From: Squalus acanthias
Taxonomy: Eukaryota
DNA length: 64,000 bases
NCBI GenBank assembly: GCA_030390025.1
Contig: CM059431.1
Coordinates: forward strand, 132,620,001-132,684,000
Direction: 5' to 3'
Position 1 is the first letter of the stretch, and each line of letters begins with the position of its first letter. This document shows positions 14,401-28,324 of this stretch, piece by piece. The position numbers and the translations under genes are program-made. The notes beneath the pieces are model-generated. The model was given only the letters and a program-made list of their open reading frames with translations, was not told where the DNA came from and made no database searches.

Positions 14401-14912
14401 TCACTGCCTGAAAGGGTGGTAGATGCAGAAACCCTCACTGCATTTAAAAAGTACTTGAATATGCACTTGAAATGCCGTAACCTACCGAGATATGGACCAA
14501 GAGCTGGAAAGTGGGATTAGGCTGGACAGCTCTTTCTGAGCTGGCACAGACACAATAGGCTGAATGACTTCCTTCTGTGCTGTAAATTTCTATGATTCTA
14601 TTCACTGGCCTTGACCACTTGTGTGAGGTCATTGAACTTCTTGCGGCAGTGCATCCAGGTCTTCGGGGCTTGACTCCTGGCATTGACTGCCACAGCTATC
14701 GGCTCCCACTGCCTTTTGAGTGTGCGTCTGGAGGGTCTCCTTCTGCCCTGTGGATACAGAACATCTCTCCACCTTTCCACCTCCTCTATCAAGAGCTCCA
14801 GTGCAGCGTTCGAAACAGTGGAGCCCGCTCTCTCTCCTGTTGTGTCATTCCTCACTCTTTCCCAGGTCAGAATCTCTTCAAACACGACTTTCAGCACCTG
14901 CTCCAGCCACAA
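11410..14912 (-). pseudogene. Harbinger Myb/SANT-like accessory gene, probably spliced and interrupted by CR1
   Basis: AALELLIEEVERWRDVLYP...QWEPIAVAVNARSQAPKTWMHCRKKFNDL at 14598-14912; Ala/Gln-rich coiled region at 11793-12173. Confidence 0.75.
13068..14600 (+). mobile_element. CR1 LINE, 5'-truncated, inserted inside the Harbinger element
   Basis: KSPGPDKMYPRLL, YMDFSKAFD, GVLQGSVLGP, FADDTK; tail ttctatgattcta. Confidence 0.92.
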
Positions 14913-16740
14913 TGCACCTCCCTTTTAAGAGCAGCAGGCTAGCTTTAAGAAGTGAAGGCTAGCTTTAAGTGGTGCTAGCCGCTCACGATATTGCCCCGCT
15001 GCTGATGCGTCCAGCCAATGAACAGCATGGTTAGCGCTGGCTGGATGCAGAGACATTCAAATGAGTAGACAGCACAAGGTTGGTGTGCTGCCTGCATTAC
15101 AATCAACGGGCATGGGTTAATCGTGCATCGCGATTCCCTCGCCTGTTTTCGGGAGCTATCCAATTTAGCCCCCCATACATACACACAATATCTACTGCGC
15201 TACCTTCATCAAAGAACTCAAATCAGGTTAGTCTGACATGATTTGCCTTTAACAAATTTGTGCTGGCTGTCCAGAATTGACCCATGTTTCGCCAAGTGAG
15301 AATTAATTTTGTCTTTGACAATGGTCTCTAGTAATTTTCCACCACTGACATGGTTCCCCTTTAGTTTCCCCTTTTTTTAAACAAGGGTATTAACATTTGC
15401 AATCCTCCAGGCCTCTGACATCACTCCAATATCCAAGGAGGAATGAAAGATTGTAGTCAGAGCTTCTGCTATCTCCACCCTAGCTTCCCTCAGCAACCTA
15501 GGATGTATCCCATCTGGACCGGGTGACTTGTTAACTTTGAGTGATGCCAACCGATTTAGCACCTCCTTTCTATCTATTTTTATCCTACCCAGTATCTCTA
15601 CTCCCCCCATCTCAACTGGAACATTAACTTCATCCTCTTCTTTTGTGAAGACAGAAGCAAAGTACTCATTCAGTACCTCAGTCATTCACCCTACCTCCAC
15701 ATGAAGATTTTTTGTTGTCCCTAATCGGCCCCATCATTCCTTTAACTATCCTTTTACTTTTTATAAGTTTATAAAAGGTTTTTGGGTTCCCTTTTATGTT
15801 ACCCGCTAATATTTTCTCATACTCTCTCTTTGCCCTTCTTGTATCCTTTTTCAATTTCCCCCTGCGCTCTCTGTATTCTGCTTGGTTTTCTACTCTATTC
15901 TGTACCGAACATGTGTGTTATTTTAACCTCTATTTTCTTTGTCATCCAAGGAGCTCTAGCTTTCTTCCTTATAGGAATATGCTTGGTTTGTACCGGAAAT
16001 ATCTCCGACTTGAAGGCCTGCTATTTCTCATTTACTGTTTTCCTGGTCAATCTTTGTTTCTAGTCCACCTATGCTAGAACCCTTCTCAAATCACAAATTG
16101 GCTTTCAGTTGGGTAGATACAGAAAAACTTTTTTCTCTGGTGGGAGAATCCAGAACAAATCCATAATAACCTAAAATTAGAGCTAGAACACTTAAGAAGC
16201 ACTTTTTTCACACAAAGGGTAGTGCAAATCTGGAACCCTCGCCCCAAAGGTTGTGGATGCTGGGTCAAATGACATTGTAACTCCTCCACAGCCCAGAGCA
16301 CACTGGTGTTCTGAGCACACAGCACTGTGACTCCACAAGTTATGTTGCAAGATGTCATCTTACTATTTGCCTCTTATTATAATACACTGACCTATATTTG
16401 AGCTGATACACCCAATGTCACTTTCAACTGAAAATCCCAGAAATAGCAGTGGGTGATAAGAGGCTGCAGAACTTCTCCCCCTCACCCACCCTGGTTATGT
16501 CAAAGTGGGGCTCACCAATCTTTAAAGATGACTTAGCCTCAACAATACATTGAGGCTACTGACCCATCAGGTCCAAAATATAGTTATTTACACTTTTTAA
16601 ATACTTATCAATACGAATTTCATTTTGACACTTTCAAAAAAGGTATTAAACCCATATGTAACAGTAAAAAAAAGAAAAGCACAATCCAATGGGCAACAAA
16701 TGTAAACTTTGCAAAAGCCTCAAATCTCAAAGCTACTTAC

Positions 16741-16784
16741 CATTTTCGGTTACGTTGCAATAAGGCTATGAATTTTGGAATAAC
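16741..16784 (-). CDS. TGDS: TGDS exon 8
   Basis: VIPKFIALLQRNRK(C); 44 nt; AG acceptor, GTAAGT donor. Confidence 0.94.
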
Positions 16785-18599
16785 CTAAAGAAAAATTAAA
16801 GAATTGGTCATCTATCACAAACATGGATTTTAAAAAGACTACATATAAATGCACACATATGAAGTCTGGTGAGTTTAGCAAACTTGTGTCAGATTACTGC
16901 TTGTAAATGTATTATATTCTAATTTACATCATCAAACTTTCCATGATTACATCTTAATTATTTCACAATTTTTTTTAATCAACATTACAAATGGAAACTT
17001 TAGCAAACATCAAAAGGCAGCTCATTAAAATTACAAAACCACAAGGCAGCTTTTTGCATTAGATCACAGAAAAATGTCTTTCCTCATCTGTATTTCAAAC
17101 AATTCTTTTAAAATGGATTCTAATAAGAAATGCAACACTGATCCAAAAGGGCCTTTATTTTCTATACAAAATATTTAAAAAATCATTTGGATTGCTGTAT
17201 TTAAAAGCAAGAAAAAAAATCAGACTAAAGGATTAATCTTTAAAATTTCAATAAAGCAATAAATGTGTTGCTAAAGCAAAGATGATATTTAAATGATCCA
17301 AACAATAAACTAACCCTGAGCTAATTGGGATCCTAACTGATACAAATTATAAGAGTTGCAACTGCACTGCCCCAGCTTATCTACATATCTTTCTGATAAT
17401 GTTGGAACAGTGTAGTTGCAATTACTTTCAGAATAATGATTACACAGAAATGATTTAAAGGATAACAAACAGTACAAGAATTATACAGACTAGATTTACT
17501 GCCTTATAATTACGGTTTTTAAATATGCATGTACACTTTGTTTCCAACTCTGCTTTACTGTGCACCCCTTCATTCTACTGTTGGCTGCAAAACTTTCAGC
17601 CATCTGTCCCCATATTGTGCAACTCTCTCCCCCTAAACGTACAAATTTCTCCAGATTTTCAAAAGCCTGCTTAGAACCTAACTCTTCAACTGTACTTTTA
17701 ACCACCTTCCCTAATTTCCCCTCTAACTTTTACTTGGGCCTAAACCCTTGGGACATTTTGCAACATTAAAAGGCACTATATAAATGTAAGCTGTTTTCAT
17801 TCAATTTTAGCTGTTTTTGTGCTTGCAGCCAATTGTCAGTGCACTTCACATGTCAAGTAATGTTAGCACTGCATGATTTATAACTAATAACATTAATACA
17901 AAGTTATTGAGACAGGCTCCACTCTGATTCTGGGGTGAAGCGGAATAAGACTCCCTGGAGGAAGGAATCACATTCTGCTTTTCTCCAGAATTAGATCGGG
18001 CCCTAGCTCAGGATCTTCAACGGCACAAGCTTGGTGCTGATTTGCTAAACTTGTACTGTAGATTCAGCTTTACGATACATAATAAAAAAAAGTTCCCATA
18101 AATAAATTTGCAAAGGAGGCAAAGAATTACAGTTGTAGTCTTCAAGTGTTTTGTTGAATTTGTCGGAGGGCGCTTTTCTCCTTTTTGAGCGATTAATATG
18201 TCATGAGTAAATGGGAAAGGTTCAATTATAATCATTTCTCCATAAAATGTGTATAATATGGACTACAGAAATGTAGCATTTTGTACTTTTCATATACTTC
18301 TAGTACTACCCGATGCAAATCACTTTTTAATAAAAATCATACAATTTCCAAATACAAACCAGCTACTATTAAGACTTGTATTAATGTACACCCATAGGTA
18401 TACGTTAGCACTTGTTGATCATATCATTGCAATGTTCGAATCTTTCAATACTGCACGCATGAGAATGTACATTATAAAGGCTGTTGGTACTTTATTTGTA
18501 AAAACGAAGTGTACAGATTGCAACAAAAATCCATGTCCATCTATTCCCTCCAATATTACAGAATAAACAGAACTTCAAAATCCATTTAGAATATCTTAA

Positions 18600-19240
18600 A
18601 TAACATAACATAAGAAATAGGAGCAGGATTAGGCCACTTGGCCCCTCGAGCCTGCTCCGCCATTCAATAAGATCATGGCTGATCTTGGGCTCAAAGCCGC
18701 TTCCCCGCCCGCTCCCCATAACCCTTCACTCCCTTATCTTGCAAAAATCTGTCTATCTCCACCTTAAATGTATTTAATGACCCAGCCTCCACCGCTCTCT
18801 GGGGCAGAGAATGCCACAGATTTACGACCCTCTGGAGAGAAGAAATTCCTCCTCATCTTTATTCTAAAACTGTGCCCCCAAGTGGAAACATCCTCTCTGC
18901 ATCTACCTTGTTGTGCCCCCTCAGTATCTTATATGTTTCAATAAGATCACCTCTCAGCCTTCTAAATTCCAATGAGTATAGGCCCAACCTGCTCAACCTT
19001 TCCTCATAAGTCAAACCCCTCATCTCTGGAATTAACCTAGTGAATCGTCTCTGAACTGCCTCCAATGCAAGTATATCCTTCCTTAAATAAGGAGACCAAA
19101 ACTGTACGCAGTACTCAAGGTGTGGTCTCACCAATACCCTGTACAGTTGTAGCAGGACTTCCCTGTTTTTATACTCCAACCACCTTGAAATAAAGGCCAA
19201 CATTCCATTTGTCTTTTAGATTACTTGCTGTACCTGCATA
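18600..19240 (-). mobile_element. CR1 LINE 3' fragment
   Basis: LVRPHLEYCVQFWSPYLRKD ORF at 18859-19203; (cataa)n tail. Confidence 0.9.
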
Positions 19241-19509
19241 CAGAAAATAAAACGTGGCCAGATTTCAGCATGGGATACTGAGACTTCATGTAGGTCTAGG
19301 TCAGACACAGAACCTAGAAATTTATAACATGGAGGGAGACCTTCTAGTCCATTGTGTCAGTGATTTTCCTGGTGGCAGAAATGCTCAGTAAGGTACATAA
19401 AGTATTTTCAATGTTCTCTAAAAAAAAATTTCGTCAGCTGTTCCAGGAAGTTCAGAGCATTGGTCAGATTCTGGTTAGATTAAAGAATAACATAGCAAAG
19501 CATACTTAC

Positions 19510-19569
19510 TTTTTCTGGATATTGATGAGGTCCATAAACATTACTACTTCTTGTTACAATGACTGGAAA
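19510..19569 (-). CDS. TGDS: TGDS exon 7
   Basis: FPVIVTRSSNVYGPHQYPEK; 60 nt; AG acceptor, GTAAGT donor. Confidence 0.96.
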
Positions 19570-20259
19570 CTACAGAAAATATAGTTTTAAAAGAAAAATT
19601 AAAACACAAATAGGTGCACGTAAATTCATGCACATATTAAACAAGAACAACTTGTATTTATATAGCACTCCTCATGTGTAAGAAGAGCTTTTACAATAAG
19701 AAAAAAAAAACAGTGGACTCTAAGGCCTAGATATTTGAAGGAACCCAATAAAGGTCATGCAGGGAACAATCCCTGCGTCTGAATTGATAGGCCCCGAGGT
19801 GCACTTAATATTGGGCCTTGGGCCTCATCGCCAGCGAGCTGCCTAAAAGGCATCTAGCCAGAGATGAGGACTCGAAGATTGGGCTGCTGCGGTATTAAAA
19901 GCGCCCCACGGGCAAGCCCATAAAGTGGATGATCATGAGGGAGGGTAGCAGTGATCGGGAAGAGTGGGTAGCAATAATCGGGAAGGGTAGGTAGCAGTCG
20001 GCGGTGATCGGGGAGGGTAATGGCCGGGATAGGGAGGGTAGCGGCGGTGATTGTGGAGGGTGGGTGTGGTGACTGGAACTTTATCAAACGCCTTTTGAAA
20101 GCCCATATACATAACATCAACTGCACTACCTTCATCAACCCACTGTTAATTCATCGAAGAACTCAACCGTGTTAGTCAAGACACGATTGGCCTTTAACAA
20201 ATCAGTGTTGGCTGTCATTTATTAACCCATGTTCTTCCAAGTGACAATTAATTTTCTTT

Positions 20260-20455
20260 CTTTGAAGTAGTGCCTTGGGATCTTTTACATCCACCTGAGG
20301 GCAGAAAGCACCTCAGTTTACCATCTCATCCGAAAGACGGCTCCTCCTACATGAAATGCAAGTCTGGATTATGTGCTCACATGTCTAGAGTGGGACTTCA
20401 ACCCACAACCCTCTGACTCAGAGGAGAGTGCTACCACTGTGCCAAGGTTGACACC
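20260..20455 (-). mobile_element. DeuSINE-like SINE 5' fragment
   Basis: Reverse-complement similarity to the head of 7249-7705. Confidence 0.65.
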
Positions 20456-20643
20456 TTGAATGCATAGATAGACACCACCAGAAAATACTTCTTCTACTAG
20501 AACCTGTCAGCCAGAACTCGAAGAAAAAGTCAGTCAAGAAATGTTTATACTTTACACTGGATTAAAGTACTGGTCAAAATTACTTTGAAAAAAATCAGTA
20601 ATCCTTATAGTATATTTTGGTAAAATACAATATATAAACTTAC

Positions 20644-20742
20644 CCTGAAGCTTTCCCAATAGGACATAACAATACATTCAGATGCTGCTTTTGATGCTGC
20701 ATAGGGATTGGTGGGATTTTTAGGTGATGCTTCATTAAATTC
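20644..20742 (-). CDS. TGDS: TGDS exon 6
   Basis: EFNEASPKNPTNPYAASKAASECIVMSYWESFR with the SDR YxxxK motif; 99 nt; GTAAG donor. Confidence 0.96.
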
Positions 20743-22568
20743 CTAAATCAAAGCAGTTATATATATATTAAAAAACACATTTACTACATAGACAATTTGC
20801 ATGTTCAAGCTGTGTTACAATTGCAAGTCTACTTTAAAAACAGTTTCTTAATGGCATTTGCATAGCGTAGTTTTATGTATAATTATTCAGCACGTTAAAA
20901 GCAGTTCTTCCCCCCCCCCCTTTCAATCATAGGAATTGATGATGAATAGTGTCCAGAATGTTGTGTTTTTGGAAAGAACTTAAAATGGCTATCTTGTTAA
21001 CACTCAGCCATTTGTCATCTGAGTATTAGGCACAAGATACAGTGAATTTCTATACGCCTGGGAAACTATATTTTCAAAGCTAATGAAAATACATCTAAAA
21101 GTATTAGTTGATGTTGTGGCATAGCTCATAGATAAAAGGGGGAAAAGATAGTTTCTCTTTTCGTATAACTGTCTCTGCTCATTTTCATCTGTAAAAATCT
21201 TTCCGTCACCCTCTGCCTTTCTGTTTGCCTCCTACTAAGTCACCCCTCTCATGCAATTTCTCATCATCTCTGTAGCTCTCCAGTTGCCTGACTCATTCTC
21301 TCTCCCTTTAAGAAAAATAAGCAGACATTCCTTTTGAATAGATCTAGATGTTCTTACTTTGACCTGTTTAGCGTTGCTATGGTAACATTTGAGATCATTA
21401 CTGTGAACGTTTTTTCAGCATACATGCACATATATCCACAAATATTACTTTCCCTGATCTCGTTCTTGAACATGCTGGGAAATTTGCTATTGATTGGGGC
21501 ATCATGGGAGCTCATCATTTTCTTTTGTTTTTCTGTGGAAAGGTATGTCCATTGGCATAGGCAACATGCTTGGCAGGTGGAATAGGCTGTCTGAACCACC
21601 ATCATCTCTGCCATCTCTCAGGTTCTGTTAGGGGTACTAGTTATTCCAATCCTCAACTTTTGTTAGGGGTACTACTCATTCTCTGGAGGTTAACCATTTT
21701 CTTTCTGACTGTGGTTTTATTTTGCTAGTTTATAGCAAAATATTTCATCTGTTTAAAATGCCCACAACCACTAATCACAATTTTCTCTTTTCTTCTTACC
21801 AAACTCTCTTTCAGCTTGTTCCTGTATCCAAAATACCACGTCTGATGTAATATGTTGCTGTGGAAGAGGGTCACTTGGATAGTGAAACAGGCAACTCCTG
21901 GCAAATTATATCCAATAATACAGCTTTTAGAGATCTGGAAACTCATTTCATGGCAGGAGTCTTTCTAGACTGAAAAACTCTGATAAACATTATATACTGA
22001 TGCTTTATTTAGTTTAATACACATCTTAACAAATTAACACTTGTTGAAAACCTCCCTCAAAAAAATGAGCAAAACAAGTCCAAATCATGGCTTAATCAGT
22101 TCAAAGAGGAAAAAATTGCATCCAGCAGTATGAAGGGAGCCAGGAGGGGGCAGAGCAGCCAAGTCAGAGGCTGGGAGGGAGTGCAATGTCCAAATCTGGG
22201 TCCAGGAGAGACCAGGCAAGTAGAAGTGACCCTAAGTTTATTCACGCGTAACGAGGACTGGGAAGGCAGACAACTGACCAAGAGAGAATGCCTCAAAAGG
22301 ACAGTAGCAGCAGCACACAACACTAAGACCCTTCATAAAGGACAGGTCCACAATGGAAGCTGTGGAGCACTGAGGCTGAGCAAATATGTGGAGAGTAAGG
22401 AGGTCCAGGAGTGACATTCAAAATGGCTGGAGTTGGTAAATGGATCAATGGAGTGATAGATTGGTGAATAATCATGGTAGCAAAAAAGGGTTGATTTTTA
22501 TTTTTTAATGATGCTCACCAAAAGGGAGAGAGTCTGATGTTTCATATATTTTGCACCTAAAAGTCTTA

Positions 22569-23264
22569 GGGGGAAAAATTCATAAGGTGAAAAATAGCAC
22601 CAGCGATTGCTAAATTCAGTTTTAGCGCTCCAAGAAGGAGGTGGAGCGCTAATTTAAGCGCTCCACTTCCTTTAGAGCGCTAACCCCGAATATCGGGGTG
22701 GTGCGTTCTGCAGCGCTACGCACTGGGCCACGTAGCGCTGCCGCATGGAAGGGCTCTTCCCCTCATTAAAAGGGGAGGGCCCAAGCCCACAACTCTGCGG
22801 GGCCCTACCTGAACCACCGGGGAGCGAAGGGCCATGCCAGCAGCCCGGCACACAAGAGTGGTGCCGGGCTGCCAGGCACGGACTCCACGTTCAAAGAGGC
22901 AACGGGCCGCGACAAGTAAGTCGACCGTTTTTTTTCCCTGCCCGCCACCTCCCCTTTACTTATCACCCCGCGAGCTTCCTGCCACTCCATTCCCGCCCCC
23001 TGAATCGGTCGCTGCCATCGCCTGGAGCAGATTCAGGGGGCATGGGCCAATTTTGCAGGCGGGTGAAAACGGGGCGCTGCGCACGGTGATGACGTGCTCA
23101 GTGCCTGCGCAGCGGAGCACTACCGGTTACCGCCGCCGCTAAACTGCCGCTGAATTAAGCGGGAATTGTTAGCGGTGCCACGCCCGGGCGAAAAGTCGTT
23201 TGCGCCCTGTTAACGTCCCCCGGGGGCGCTAACGAGAGGCACAAATGTACCGAATTTCTAGCCC
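22569..23264. mobile_element. Harbinger-type MITE
   Basis: Ends gggggaaaaattc / gaatttctagccc; TTA TSD on both sides; GC-rich, non-coding. Confidence 0.8.
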
Positions 23265-24824
23265 TTAATGTGATATATATAGAATTTTTTAACAATTAAA
23301 AGTTCAACATCTGCATCCTCTGAGCCATGACTTCCTATTGTCACATTTTTTGTGTTAACTTTTTCCATTATAAATTCCTATGTGCACATTTATAATGGGT
23401 TTAAGCTATATAAACGTGTCATGCTCTTAAATGCACAATCTGGCCGCTGGGTGGCTTTTATGCCCAGTCTCTGAACACCTTCACAGTCCCTTGCTGAAGA
23501 TTTTCAGAGATTCTGATTGCCAGCTTCTTTTACCTTCATGTAATTTTTGGTTTCAGAACTTAGCTTCTTCCTTACTTTTTTTTTAAATAAGTTTAGTTTT
23601 ATTCATTTTGTTCCTTTTACAGACTCTTTCAACCTCCTGCACATGCTATGTTAACAGTTAAGTCATCTTTTTTCCTGATCCTTCCTTGCATTTGCCTTTC
23701 CCTCATCTTAGTCACTTTCCCTTGTATACAATCACAGCCCTTCACAGTGTTGCTGGGTATTTGTGCCTCCAACAACAATTTTTCAAAAATTTCTAATGAC
23801 TGAAAGGTAAATAATTTAAACATATAGTTTTCTGCTCTGTCCTCCCCTGAAGCTGTCCCGATCTTCTCCCTATCACAGTGTGCATAACCCACCAATTTTG
23901 CATGGTCCACACTCTCTGGTGGCATGACATGACCCGACAGAAAAATTTGTCCATTAGGCATCAGTATTTTGCACATCTCAGCTACAGTCATGGACAGAAA
24001 TGTTTCCATTTGAACTCATTTTAATTGTGTGTGAAAGCTTTATTACATTTGTAGAAAACAAACAACGATCTCCCTCGCTCTAGGAAATAAGGATGGAATC
24101 TGGGACAGAAACGTAGAAGTATTCGTTAACAGGCACAAACCTCACCCCTATAGAGTATACTCCCTCGGGTTCATCCAACCACCCCTTCGCACAAAAAAAA
24201 CTCTATCCTGGATTTAACCATTAACATCTGCAAGCTCCCTTACCACTTCCTGGACTGCACAAATAACCCCAACTCCACCCAGAACAAGATTTTCTCTATT
24301 TAAGCCACCTCTCTTCCCCACCCCCCAAAGGAATCAACATGTAATTTAGAATGAGCTACAGAACCCCAACACCCTGTAGCAAGCAAGGGGGGGGGGGGGG
24401 TGGAGAGAAAGAGAGGAAGGAGGTGAGGAGCGGAAAGAGAAAAGAGGGGAAGTAAGGGTGCGCTTGGGAGGGGGGGGGGGGGGAAAGAGAAGAGGTTATG
24501 GTAGAGAGACAAGGGAAGAGATAGTGTGCACCAAATGGGGAAGAGGGCACAAGATCATGAGACACAAAAGATGAAAAAATTACTTATTTTGAGATGCTGA
24601 AAGTTTACAACCTTGTTGGTGGATAAAAAGTAAAAATCTCATTGAAGTTGCAACACTTGCAAATTTGCAAGTTTCAATTAAATCAGATTTTGTTACTTTT
24701 GTTTTATGCCATTCATCATTGCTATTAATCATTACTATGGAAATTTCACTATCAAAGAATGTTGCACACATGCATTCAACAGGAATTACCCAAGATATTA
24801 TACTAAATTATTGACATCAGTTAC

Positions 24825-24967
24825 CTCTTTAATACTTCCTCCATAGACTTCATCAGTACTAACATGAATGAATTTCTCAATATTAGCCTGATAAGCAGCT
24901 TTCACTAGGACTTCTGTACCATAGACATTCACATTTGTGAATTCCGAAGAACACCAAAAGGACTTAT
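24825..24967 (-). CDS. TGDS: TGDS exon 5
   Basis: [48 protein letters not shown] with the STDEVYG catalytic motif; 143 nt. Confidence 0.96.
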
Positions 24968-25399
24968 CTGAAAAAACACATTAAATTATTGGGCTAGCAG
25001 CATGGAATTCTTCTTTATGTAACACAACAATTTTAAATGAATGCTTTGAAATCTATGTTTTTTTTTAAATACATTCACTAAGGCATACAACATATCAAAA
25101 AATGTAGAGATAGAAAGGAATCTGAAATAAACAGAAAATGCTGAAAATAAATGCAAGGAAAAGGGTTCAGCTGAAGGTTCACACTTAAAGGTTAACTTTT
25201 CACTGATCAACCTGTTGTGCATTCCTACAATTTTCTGCTTTTATACAAAAAAATTGTTACAAGATTTAACTTCAGAACAAAGCAAAAATGTGATGTAAAT
25301 AAAAATATGGAGCATAAAAACTTTTAAATCATCATTTACCCAATGGGAACCGAGACATTTTCTAGGGCAAAAATCACAATGGTCACTGATGAGAGAGTC

Positions 25400-25915
25400 C
25401 ACCTTAACTCCAATGATAAAATTATGGTCAGATATTTAAAAATAATATTTAGCGAAAACAGTAGAGTACAAATTAGAGGAAGTCGTATTCAACCTTTACA
25501 GTGCTCTGCTCAGACTAAACCTTGAGTACTGTATCCAGTTCTGGTCATCAAGACACAAGGGAGACATTCAAGCTCTGGAAGCTGTTAAGAGAAGTCACGA
25601 GACTAATCCCTAGTATCACAGGACTGAGTTATGAGGAAAGACTAAAGTAAAAAAGATGACTGATAGGTAAACAGTACAGAAAGGGTAGATGCAGAATGCT
25701 ACTAATCTGTGAGAGTAGGAAAAGGGATCAAAGGTTTAAACTAGTAAAAAAAAACCCTCGTCAGGAAGTAGTTCGTCACAGAATGATTAACACACGGAAT
25801 GAATAGGCAGGGCAGTGGAGGCAAAACCTTTGGAATCAAGTTGGATGCCATGATGGGGAACTGCAGGCTCTTTCTATGCATGAGTGGATATAGGCCAAAT
25901 GGCTTTTCACATCTG
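25400..25915 (+). mobile_element. Old, degenerate CR1 3' fragment
   Basis: Decayed LEYCIQFWS-type and LSYEERL-type motifs. Confidence 0.55.
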
Positions 25916-25957
25916 TATGCAAATTGTGAACAAAATCCTAGCGTTTGCTATATACAA

Positions 25958-26669
25958 TGGTCCGGATTTTGCAGTCAGCGGCAAAGGAATGGCGCTCGGC
26001 GTTCACATTTACAGCTGACCACAGGGTTTTTGCGGGATTTTGAGCAGCAACTTGCGGTCATTAGGCGTCTGATCCAGCGCGGCGCCCTCTACAGGGGATC
26101 TGTGGCATGTGTAAGCAGGACAAGCAACAGTGTGACTCTTTTCAGAGTCTAAACCAGGAGGTATAAATTAGAATATTTAATTCATTGTAAAATCATGTAC
26201 AGAAAGCAAAACATAAAGTGAGGGAAAGAAAGATGGGATTAAGAGAGATAAAAAGAGACATACAGAAAAAGTAAAAAAAAAATTTTTTTTTAAATCTCCA
26301 ACAATAATTAAATTCTGAAGGAATGAGACTCCACATCTTTAAAATTTAATTTTTAGCACCAGAGAGTTTGTTTGGTAGTAATTAAGACTTTACGCCATTA
26401 AAAATTCACTTAGACTGAATGCACCAGCCCTAACTTTTTCCTGGCGTGTTTAGTGGGTAACTAGTGGGCAAGTACACAACTTCATGCCTTTACAATGCCG
26501 AATCTACTGGTGCAGTGAAGCTTGTGGAGGAGCAGGGCAAATCAGACAGCAACTTCCGGATTTCTGTGTTTAACTGTGCATGTACAGACTCCAGAATTTT
26601 GTGTCTGATTTACTCCATAATAACGGTGAGTGCCGTTATCCTCACCATTACTAACACAAATCCGGGTCA
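25958..26669. mobile_element. Harbinger-type MITE
   Basis: Inverted ends tggtccggattttg / caaatccgggtca; subterminal similarity gcggcaaaggaatggcgctc vs gagtgccgttatcctcacc; TSD not clean. Confidence 0.65.
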
Positions 26670-27084
26670 TTGGATTTACTTCCAGGTGTAGTGAAAATTC
26701 ATCTGATAAACAAAAGCCCAATACTAAATTGGCTTCAGCATGTCTGAAGGAAAAGGACTCTTGAAAGGTCGTTGGAACACCTGCCCACTTAGCTTGGCTA
26801 TGTTGTGAATACCGAGAGAAAACAAGTGACATGTCAAACAATCATGGGTTGTATCTGTAGGAACCTATGGTTGGCAAGAGGTGTGGTTCTATGTTAAAAT
26901 GGTCTTTTAAAGCAAGACAGAAGTTAGAGTGGAAAGAGACATAGCTCAACCGCAACTGCTCCAACCTTGCCTTTTGCTTCCTGGCGATGCCACCTCACCT
27001 GGAATCTTCCTGACTGTTCGCTACCACACAAGCAGCCAGTGAATCAGATAACCTGGCTTCAAGAGAAAGCCAAGCTACACAACA

Positions 27085-27915
27085 AATAGTTGTTTTTATA
27101 AAGCGCCTTTAACGTATTAAAACATCCCAAGGTGCTTCACGGGTGCGTTATCAAACAAAATTTGATGCCAAACCACATAAGGAAGATATTAGGGCAGATA
27201 ACCAAAGCTTGATCAAAGAGGTAGGTTTTAGGGAGTGTCTTAAAGGGGGAAAGAGAGGTAGAGGGGCGGAGAGGTTTAGGGAGGGAATTCTAGAGTTTAG
27301 GGCCTTGGCAACTGAAGGCACGGCCACCAATGGTGGAGCGACTGAAATCGGGGATGCTGAAGAGGCCAGAATTAGAGGAGCGCAGATATCTCGGAGGGTT
27401 GTGGGGCTGGAGGAGATTACAGAGATAGGGAGGGGCAAAACCATGGAGGGATTTGAAAACAAGGATGAGAATTTTAAAATCGAGGCATTGCTTAACTGGA
27501 AGCCAATGTAGGTCAGTGAGCACAGGGATGATAGGTGAATGGGACTTGGTGCAAGTTAGGACATGGACAGCAGAGTTTTGGATGACCTCAAGTTTACAGA
27601 GGGTAGAACGTGGGAGGCTGGCCAGAAGTGCATTGGAATAGTCAAGTCTAGAGGTAACAAAGGCATGGATGAGGGTTTCAGCAGCAGATGAGCTGAGGCA
27701 GTGATGGAGTCAGGTAATGTTCCAGAGGTGGAAATAGGCGGTCTTAGTGATGGCGCGGATGTGTGGTCGGAAGCTCATCTCTGAGTCAAATATGACAAGG
27801 TTGCGAACAGTCTGGTTCAGCCTCAGACAGTTGCCAGGGAGAGGGATGGAGTCAGTGGCTAGGGAATGGATTTTGTGGTGGGGACCGAAGACAATGGCTT
27901 TGGTTTTCCCAATCT
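27085..27915 (-). mobile_element. L2 LINE 3' fragment
   Basis: LTDLHWLPVKQCLDFKIL...GGRAFS typical L2 RT tail. Confidence 0.88.
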
Positions 27916-28324
27916 TCCCAACAAGCTTGTGCCAATCACGAGTATATAACTTTTGTTATGGGGTTAGTTGAAGATAGACATGTGATTTCCAAAAAGGTTA
28001 TGTATTTTGGGAATTCAGAAGGGAATTTGGAAGGTGTGGTTTTATTGTTGTTAAAGCAATTCTAAAATCGGGCATAAACCCAAGATGTTGTTTAATTCTA
28101 ATGTCAACTTGATAGTGTATTAATAATAAATTATAAAGCCATGGTTTGTGCCTGAAGTTTCTTTAGTAAAAAAGAGACGGAGATAAAAAGGCAATTCCCC
28201 AAATTAAAGTATAAAATTACTTTGCACCATTTTGTTCCTATACAGGACCCTAAGAAAATAAACATTCTCTGTAAACCAATAACAAGAAAGTAAAATACTT
28301 AGATTGGTTACTGAAACTCCTTAC

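Larger units (their letters stand above)
9707..15173 (+). mobile_element. PIF/Harbinger transposon, near full length but decayed
   Basis: Imperfect 14-bp TIRs (cggcgagaaattgg / ccaatttagccccc); 3-bp TSD CAT at 9704-9706 and 15174-15176; convergent transposase and Myb/SANT genes. Confidence 0.85.
8596..16105 (-). mobile_element. CR1 LINE split by a Harbinger insertion (pieces 8596-9706 and 15174-16105)
   Basis: DFQKVFVKVPC on one side, EVLNEYFASVFT...KSPGPDGIHPRLL on the other; the CR1 sequence runs on across the insert. Confidence 0.85.

Noticed and set aside
23629..24009. 126-aa minus-strand ORF in TGDS intron 5
   Set aside because: No recognisable motif and TGDS exons 5 and 6 join in frame without it
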